In this document: positions 1 through 5,496 of the stretch, one piece after another
How positions within the stretch are numbered: position 1 is the first letter of the stretch
How the letters are laid out: each line of letters begins with the position of its first letter
Source: Candidatus Methylomirabilota bacterium
GTDB lineage: Bacteria > Methylomirabilota > Methylomirabilia > Rokubacteriales > CSP1-6
DNA: 12,078 nt
Assembly (NCBI GenBank): GCA_046726415.1
Contig: JBKPAK010000098.1
Location: forward strand, 1 to 12,078
Direction of reading: 5' to 3'
Made by a program: the position numbers and the translations under genes
Notes under the pieces: model-generated
Told to the model about the DNA's origin: nothing
What the model saw: only the letters and a program-made list of their open reading frames with translations
Database searches by the model: none

Positions 1-58
1 CTAGGTGTCGGGTAGTGCCGGAACGGCCGGACTGGGTGGAGAGCTGCCTGTGAGCAGG

Positions 59-124
59 GCGGGCCTCGGTTGGCCCCCCAAACCCCCCAACGCTCGGGGC
101 GCCCCGGCACCGCCGGGTCGCCCC
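59..124. repeat. REP-like palindromic extragenic repeat, copy 1
   Basis: GCGGGCCTCGGTTGGCCCCCCAAACCCCCCAACGCTCGGGGCGCCCCGGCACCGCCGGGTCGCCCC. It is near-identical to 145-210 (period 86 nt). It contains the hairpin GGGCC-N6-GGCCC and the long stem GGGGCG-C-CCCGGC-acc-GCCGGG-T-CGCCCC. Confidence 0.85.
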
Positions 125-144
125 TTGATATCCCTTGGCGCTGT

Positions 145-210
145 GCGGGCCTCGGTGGGCCCCCCAAACCCCCCAACGCTCGGGGCGTCCCGGCACCGCC
201 GTGACGCCTC
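145..210. repeat. REP-like palindromic extragenic repeat, copy 2
   Basis: GCGGGCCTCGGTGGGCCCCCCAAACCCCCCAACGCTCGGGGCGTCCCGGCACCGCCGTGACGCCTC. It has the same two hairpins and the same C6A3C6 core, and ends 7 nt from the stop codon of the 218-718 gene. Confidence 0.85.
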
Positions 211-217
211 ATCGCGG

Positions 218-718
218 TCACTCCTGGGGAAGAGACCAATGACTCTCACGGACTCTTCCCGACGAGGCCGTCCAGGCAGTCCGGATCGCTCGGGTATCTA
301 GACGCCCCACATTGTCCCAGCGCACGTGTAGGCATCGCTCGAGGTCGAGCCTGAAGATCGGATCCATTGGGTCGTACGCCCCGAAGGCAATCGCGCGCAG
401 CACCCGGGCGCGCTCGTCGGGATTCTCGACCTCGATCGCCCGACCCGAGACCTGAAACTCCTCATCCTCGGTCCCCAGGAAGGCGTGAAGGACAAACTGT
501 CCGTCGCGTTTCAGATCGGCCTTCTTTGGCGTATGCGCGCCGACACTCAGGTACACGTCACCGTTCGCAAAGATCGGGCAAACCGGTGCCAGCCGCGGCG
601 CACCGCGGCCAGCAATCGTCGCCATGAAGCCGATCGGGACACTCCCGCGGTGAAAGAGACGCCATCCCGCCGCGGCCAGCGCCGGCGCGCCCATCTCGAG
701 CTCGGCCCAACGCGCCAT
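218..718 (-). CDS. Pyridoxamine 5'-phosphate oxidase-like (split beta-barrel flavin/deazaflavin-binding) family protein
   Basis: 166 aa. The patterns GFMATIAGRGAPRLAPV, PKKADLKRDGQFVLH and EFQVSGRA match the PNPOx/FDOR split-barrel signatures (hATxxxDGxPR; KxxDLxRDxRxxLH). A strong SD, GAGGAGG (reverse complement of 723-729), lies just upstream of the ATG. Confidence 0.85.
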   Translation of the reverse strand: MARWAELEMGAPALAAAGWRLFHRGSVPIGFMATIAGRGAPRLAPVCPIFANGDVYLSVGAHTPKKADLKRDGQFVLHAFLGTEDEEFQVSGRAIEVENPDERARVLRAIAFGAYDPMDPIFRLDLERCLHVRWDNVGRLDTRAIRTAWTASSGRVRESHWSLPQE

Positions 719-836
719 CGAACCTCCTCACGCCAGACATCGAGCGAGAACTTCTGGCCGGAGAGTGGAGGGTCAACGTTACCGCGCTGAGCGACGGTGC
801 GGCAAGGGCCGGTGGCCGCACCTGGACGCAGCTCCG

Positions 837-845
837 TGCTATCGT
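837..845 (+). promoter_or_regulatory. Candidate extended -10 promoter (TGcTATCGT) for the lactonase cluster
   Basis: TGnTATCGT lies 33 nt upstream of the ATG at 879 in the divergent intergenic region. There is no good -35 element at 17-nt spacing. Motif resemblance only. Confidence 0.35.
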
Positions 846-878
846 CCCCTGGCCAGGTTCCTCACGAGGAGGTCGCCC

Positions 879-1817
879 ATGACCCGGATCACTCCGAGGT
901 TCACGCAGATCGCCTCGGGCCTGCGATTTCCCGAGGGGCCGGTGGCCATGCCCGATGGTTCGGTCGTCCTTGTGGAGATCGCCCGCCAGACGCTGGTGCG
1001 CATCGCTGCGAGCGGCCAGATACACGTGATCGCGACGCTCGGCGGCGGCCCCAACGGCGCTGCCGTCGGGCCGGGCGGCAAGATCTACGTGACGAACAAC
1101 GGCGGCCTCAAGTGGGTGGAACGGCCCGGCAAGCTGTTCCCGATCGGCCAAGCTGACGACTATGCCGGTGGTCTCATCCAGGTCGTCGATCCGGAAACCG
1201 GAAAGTTCGAGACGCTCTACCACGCGTGCGACGGCCAGAAACTCCGCGGGCCGAACGACCTCGTGTTCGACCGCGCGGGCGGCTTCTGGTTCACCGATCT
1301 CGGCAAGACGCGCGAGCGCGACATGGACCGTGGCGCCGTCTACTACGCGAAGGCCGACGGCTCCATGATCAAGGAGGCCATCTTCCCACTCGAGCGGCCC
1401 AACGGCATCGGTCTCTCGCCGGATGAGAAGACGCTGTACGTCGTCGAGACGCCCACCGCTCGATGCTGGTCGTTCCGGCTCACCGCGCCCGGGCAGATCG
1501 AATCGGCCAACGGACCGTATCGCGGCGAGAAGGGCACCGTCGTGGCCGGGCTCGGCGGCTATCAGATGTTCGACTCCCTCGCCATCGACGGCGATGGTCA
1601 CATCTGCGCCGCCACGCTCATCACCGGCGCCGTCAGCGACATCTGGCCGGACGGCAGCCGCGTCGACCAGTACGTGCTCCCCGACATGATGGTCACCAAC
1701 GTGTGCTTCGGGGGCCGCGACCGGCGCACAGCCTTCGCGACCCTGTCGATGGGGGGGACGCTCGTCTCCTTCGAGTGGCCGCGACCCGGCCTGGCGCTGA
1801 ACTATCTGGCCGCGTAG
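879..1817 (+). CDS. SMP-30/gluconolactonase/LRE family six-bladed beta-propeller hydrolase
   Basis: 312 aa from the ATG at 879, preceded by SD GAGGAGG (864-872 region). Motifs FPEGPVA, GGPNGAA, GPNDLVFD, RPNGIGLSPDEKTLYVVET, FDSLAID and TNVCFGG are present, including the metal-ligand E/N/D. The ORF-track start at 765 is an upstream extension. Confidence 0.93.
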   Translation: MTRITPRFTQIASGLRFPEGPVAMPDGSVVLVEIARQTLVRIAASGQIHVIATLGGGPNGAAVGPGGKIYVTNNGGLKWVERPGKLFPIGQADDYAGGLIQVVDPETGKFETLYHACDGQKLRGPNDLVFDRAGGFWFTDLGKTRERDMDRGAVYYAKADGSMIKEAIFPLERPNGIGLSPDEKTLYVVETPTARCWSFRLTAPGQIESANGPYRGEKGTVVAGLGGYQMFDSLAIDGDGHICAATLITGAVSDIWPDGSRVDQYVLPDMMVTNVCFGGRDRRTAFATLSMGGTLVSFEWPRPGLALNYLAA

Positions 1818-1850
1818 GAGCATGTCGGAGAATCGAGGCACTCCGCCCTG

Positions 1851-2406
1851 ATGGCGCGCCCGCTCGAATGGGCGGCGCTTCACCGACTTCGCCAGGACCA
1901 GGCGCGCTACCGCTGGTACGCACTGGGCATCACGACCTTCACCCAGGCCGCCGCGGGGAGCGACTTAGGCCATCGGGCCCATCGCTCCGCTGCTACAGAC
2001 GGAGTTCGCGCTGAGCCGGGCCGAGGTCGGTCTGGTCCAGACCGCGATCTACTTCAGCGCGACCTGGGTGGCCATGGTCGGTGGGCGCCTCGCCGATCGC
2101 ATCGGGGAGCGGCACGTGCTCATCGCCTCCGGCCTCATCACGGGGGGAGCGGCGCTCTTGGCCGCCCTCGTCAGCTCCTTCTCGGCCTTCCTGTTCACCG
2201 GCTTCCTCCTGGGGCTCGGCACGGGTGTCCAGAACCCGGCCGGCAGCGCCGCGGTGATGCGCTGGTTTCCGCTCCGACGGCGGGGGCTGGCCTGGTCGCA
2301 ACCTTGCGCGTTCACGAGGGACGGCGCGGCGGGTGATCGCCCCGCGGGGGCATCCGCTCCGGTAGAATCGGTCTGCAGGCAGTTCGAAAAGGGGGACGCG
2401 CCATGA
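1851..2406 (+). pseudogene. MFS transporter remnant (frameshift, stop codon in the downstream frame, loss of about two thirds of the gene)
   Basis: Frame from 1851 reads ...RYRWYALGITTFTQAAA (typical MFS TM1 start). Homology continues in another frame after TAG 1966-1968: AIGPIAPLLQTEFALSRAEVGLV...GGRLADRIGERHVL (MFS motif A)...GFLLGLGTGVQNPAGSAAVMRWFPLRRRGLA. MFS character is lost after ~2292, and that frame stops at 2406. Confidence 0.85.
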
Positions 2407-3533
2407 AGTTCGGCCTCTTCTACGAGCTCTCGGTGCCCCGACCCTGGACGCGCGAGTCGGAACGCGCCGTCTACAACAACGCGCTGGAGCAAGTGCGCCT
2501 GGCCGACGAGCTGGGATTCGACCAGGTGTGGGCGGTCGAGCACCACTTCCTCGAGGAGTATTCTCACTGCCCGGCTCCCGAGTTGTTCCTCACCGCGTGC
2601 GCGATGGTGACCAAGCAGATCCGGGTCGGTCACGGCATCATCGTGTGCGTCCCCGAGTTCAACCACCCGATCAAGATCGCCGAGCGCACCGCCGTCCTCG
2701 ACATCCTCTCGGGCGGCCGCCTGGAAGTCGGCACCGGGCGCTCGGCCACCTGGACGGAACTGGGAGGCTTCCGCGCGAAGCCCGACATCACCAAGAAGTC
2801 GTGGGACGAGTTCGTGCGCTGCCTGCCGAAGATGTGGACGCAGGACACGTACGGGTACGACGGCGAGTTTTGGTCCATGCCGGAGCGGACCATCATTCCC
2901 AAGGTCTATCAGAAGCCTCATCCGCCCCTGTGGGTAGCGGTGACGAGCCCTGGCACCGAGCTGGACGCGGCCGATCGGGGCCTCGGCAGCCTGGGGCTCA
3001 CGTTCGGACAGTTCGCCGAGCAGGAAACGAAGATCGCCGAGTACCGCCGGCGCATCCAGCTCTGCGAGCCCGTGGGCGAGTTCGTCAACGACCAGGTCAG
3101 TACCGTCAATTTCCTCTACTGTCACGAGGACGACGCGATCGGCCGCGCCACCGGCCGCCGCATGGCCGACTCGTTCAACTACCTCGCCTCGCAGCTCATC
3201 TCAGCGCGCGAGGCCTATCCCACGCGCTCCTACCAGTCACTCGGTTTGCTGCCCCAGTTGCGCCGTCAGGCCACCGGGCCAGAAGCCAGCGAACAGGCCG
3301 GCGAGGGTCTGGCGCTCGGCGGGCCGGAGCGCATCCGGCGCGCGCTGAAGGGGTGGGAGGCCGTGGGGGTGGACCGCGTGAACTTCCTGCTGAACACGGT
3401 GGAAGTCATCCCACAGGCTGACGTGCTGGCCAGCCTGCGACTCTTCGCGCGAGAAGTCATGCCTGCGTTCGCCGACCGCAAGGTCGCCAACGGCTCGGCG
3501 GCCACGCCTCCGGCGGTGAACGCGGGCGCCTGA
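2403..3533 (+). CDS. LLM class flavin-dependent oxidoreductase (bacterial luciferase-like monooxygenase)
   Basis: 376 aa. Motifs MKFGLFYE, ADELGFDQVWAVEHHF, HPIKIAERTAVLDILSGGRLEVGTGR, PKVYQKPHPPLWVA and SLRLFAREVMPAF are present. Purine-rich SD AAGGGGG upstream. Confidence 0.95.
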   Translation: MKFGLFYELSVPRPWTRESERAVYNNALEQVRLADELGFDQVWAVEHHFLEEYSHCPAPELFLTACAMVTKQIRVGHGIIVCVPEFNHPIKIAERTAVLDILSGGRLEVGTGRSATWTELGGFRAKPDITKKSWDEFVRCLPKMWTQDTYGYDGEFWSMPERTIIPKVYQKPHPPLWVAVTSPGTELDAADRGLGSLGLTFGQFAEQETKIAEYRRRIQLCEPVGEFVNDQVSTVNFLYCHEDDAIGRATGRRMADSFNYLASQLISAREAYPTRSYQSLGLLPQLRRQATGPEASEQAGEGLALGGPERIRRALKGWEAVGVDRVNFLLNTVEVIPQADVLASLRLFAREVMPAFADRKVANGSAATPPAVNAGA

Positions 3534-4300
3534 TGCCGCTCTTCGGTGCGCTCGAGCTGCCCACCGTCGTCTCGCGCCTCCCGAGGTTGCGCGATCTCGA
3601 CACCGAGGCATGGAGCCTTCCCAGCGCGGAGATCCTCCACCTGGCCTTCGAGGTCCCGCGCCATACGGAATCGCTTCTCCCGCGCGCCATGCATCCCGCC
3701 ATTCCCCCCTATGCGACGATTCTCGTCTCGCGCTTTCCAGAGAGCCCGGTGGGTCCCTTCGTCCTGGCCCAGCTCCGGCTCATGGCGCGGGCCGGCGCCC
3801 ATCCGCGCGGCTACCTGCTGGCCGCCGTCGCCAGCAGCGCCGAGGCCGCCGCGGAGCTCCGGGCGCGCTGGGGCTTTCCGGTTGTCCCCGGCGCGGTGGC
3901 GCTCAAGCGACGACACGACCGCGTGATGGCGACCGCTACCCGCGACGGTCGGCCTGTTCTCGTCTGCGCGCTCGTGGACCCCGAGGCGATTTCAGGTGGC
4001 GACGTCCAGTACATCCACTCGGTGACCTTGGCCCACGCGCCACTCGATGGCACGACGGCGCCGCACTTGATCCAGGTGGACCCGCGCTACACCTTCCACA
4101 AGGCCGAGCGGGGTCGGCCCGAGGTGAGCTGGCTCGACACCAACGCGTTGGACGCCGGAGCGCTCCGCCTGCTCAATCCGATTTCTGCCACAGTGTGCCA
4201 GTGCGACACCGATCTGCCCCGCATTCGCTTCGTCATGGACCCCGAGGTGCCGGTGGTGCGTGGCACGCGGCGGATCCGAGACTCGCGGGAGAGTGCATGA
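3533..4300 (+). CDS. Acetoacetate decarboxylase-like (ADC-fold) family protein, apparently lacking the catalytic Lys
   Basis: 255 aa with a TGATG overlap to the LLM gene. The ADC-like pattern is seen in LLPRAMHP, FPESPVGPF.LAQL and LRARWGFPVVPGAVAL (compare GRExWGFPKK), and the size is typical of the family. Confidence 0.78.
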   Translation: MPLFGALELPTVVSRLPRLRDLDTEAWSLPSAEILHLAFEVPRHTESLLPRAMHPAIPPYATILVSRFPESPVGPFVLAQLRLMARAGAHPRGYLLAAVASSAEAAAELRARWGFPVVPGAVALKRRHDRVMATATRDGRPVLVCALVDPEAISGGDVQYIHSVTLAHAPLDGTTAPHLIQVDPRYTFHKAERGRPEVSWLDTNALDAGALRLLNPISATVCQCDTDLPRIRFVMDPEVPVVRGTRRIRDSRESA

Positions 4301-5181
4301 GCGCTCGAGGCATCGACAGCGTCCGTGCCCATCTCGCCAAAATCCCGCCGGCCACCACCTTCGCCGAGAAGCGGGCCCAGTATGACCGCGCCGAGCGCGT
4401 CTTCCCCACGCCTGCCGACGTCGCGATCACCCGCGTACAAGTGCCGGTCGTGGCCGCCGAATGGCTCGAGCCTCCGGCCGCGCGCGACGGTGCGGCGATC
4501 GTCTACTTGCATGGTGGCGGCTACGTGATCGGCTCGCCACGCTCACACCGCCACCTCGCGGCGGCCATCGCCCGGTCGGCTCGCGCCGCGACCTTGCTCC
4601 CCGACTATCGTCTGGCGCCCGAGCACCCGTTCCCGGCGGCCGTGGACGACGCGGTCGCCGCGTATTGTTGGCTGCTCGATCGGGGGCACGCGCCAGCGCG
4701 TACGGTGCTCGCCGGCGACTCGGCGGGCGGCGGCCTCACCGTGGCGACCCTTCTCGCGCTACGCGAGCGGGGCCTGCCGCTTGCCGCGGCCGGTGTCTGC
4801 ATCTCGCCCTGGATCGATCTCACCGGCGGCGGCGCCTCCTATGGCACCAAGGCGGCGAGCGATCCCATCGTCACCCGCGACGGCGTGATGGAGATGGCCC
4901 GCGCGTACGTCGGCCAACACGACGCGCGGGCGCCGCTCGTCTCCCCGCTCTTCGCAGATCTCACCGGCCTGCCTCCATTGCTGATCCAGGTCGGCAGCGA
5001 GGAGGTCCTGCTCGATGATGCCGTCGCTCTCGCCCGGCGCGCCGAAGCCGCGGGCGTCGCGGTGGCGCTGGAGACCTGGCCGGACATGATCCACGTCTGG
5101 CACTGGTTCCTCCCGATGCTCGACGAGGCGCAGGCCGCCATCGATCGCATCGGCGACTTCATCCGGGTTCGGACGCCCTGA
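4297..5181 (+). CDS. Alpha/beta hydrolase, HSL (family IV) esterase/lactone hydrolase
   Basis: 294 aa from the ATG at 4297 (ATGA overlap with the previous stop; GGGAGAG upstream). It has the oxyanion motif YLHGGGY, DYRLAPEHPFPAAVDD, the nucleophile elbow GDSAGG, the acid residue in GSEEVLLDD and the His in MIHVW. The ORF-track start at 3610 is an off-frame extension through the ADC gene. Confidence 0.95.
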   Translation: MSARGIDSVRAHLAKIPPATTFAEKRAQYDRAERVFPTPADVAITRVQVPVVAAEWLEPPAARDGAAIVYLHGGGYVIGSPRSHRHLAAAIARSARAATLLPDYRLAPEHPFPAAVDDAVAAYCWLLDRGHAPARTVLAGDSAGGGLTVATLLALRERGLPLAAAGVCISPWIDLTGGGASYGTKAASDPIVTRDGVMEMARAYVGQHDARAPLVSPLFADLTGLPPLLIQVGSEEVLLDDAVALARRAEAAGVAVALETWPDMIHVWHWFLPMLDEAQAAIDRIGDFIRVRTP

Positions 5182-5496
5182 GTCGATCTCGGCGGTGCCC
5201 ATTTCCCCCTCACTCCTGGTGGAGCGGGTGCCCCTTCCCCCGTGGTGAAAAGCAGGGCAGGACGGGACAGCGCGCGCAGTATTGGGACGCCCGGAGGCGC
5301 CTAGCGGGTTTGGGTTCCCTCGGGACGTCGCCCGCGGCGCCAGCCGCCAAGTGTCCGTAACGTCTATCGGTTCCCCGGGTCGTTCGCCGGTCCGTCGCAA
5401 TCCCGAGATCCACTCACCGGAGGGCACTGTTCCTGCATCGCTCGCGGGTGCCATGGCAACCTCGCACGCGAGCCACGACCCAGGGACACAGCGTCC

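Noticed and set aside
59..210. CRISPR array or tRNA interpretation of the tandem repeat
   Set aside because: Only two units, a repeat of ~67 nt with a ~20-nt spacer, no cas genes, and no cloverleaf, T-loop or CCA.
1..301. ORFs 1..249 (-) and 5..301 (+)
   Set aside because: Translations of the palindromic repeats; Pro/Gly/Arg-rich with no family motif, and they overlap the PNPOx-like gene.
765..878. 38-aa N-terminal extension of the lactonase
   Set aside because: ATG 879 has a strong SD and the family homology starts there; the extension covers the probable promoter.
558..1883. 441-aa minus-strand ORF, and likewise 2049..3125 (-), 4759..6531 (-) and 9729..11495 (+)
   Set aside because: Antisense shadows of well-supported genes. 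Long stop-free antisense frames are expected with high-GC codon bias, and none has recognisable motifs.
1945..1970. Programmed frameshift or stop-codon readthrough in the MFS gene
   Set aside because: No canonical slippery heptamer, and the gene is also truncated after about 4 TM helices, so recoding would not give a functional transporter.
3610..4296. Apparent 523-aa fusion with an extra N-terminal domain on the esterase
   Set aside because: The first 229 aa are an alternative frame of the ADC-like gene with low-complexity R/A/G/P composition. The ATGA-coupled start at 4297 explains the gene.
5182..5496. Riboswitch, ncRNA or small CDS in the esterase-zwf spacer
   Set aside because: No riboswitch consensus that I recognise and no U-tract terminator. 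The short ORFs (5210..5413, 5282..5500) lack SD sequences and motifs. An Rfam cmscan would be needed to exclude an RNA.
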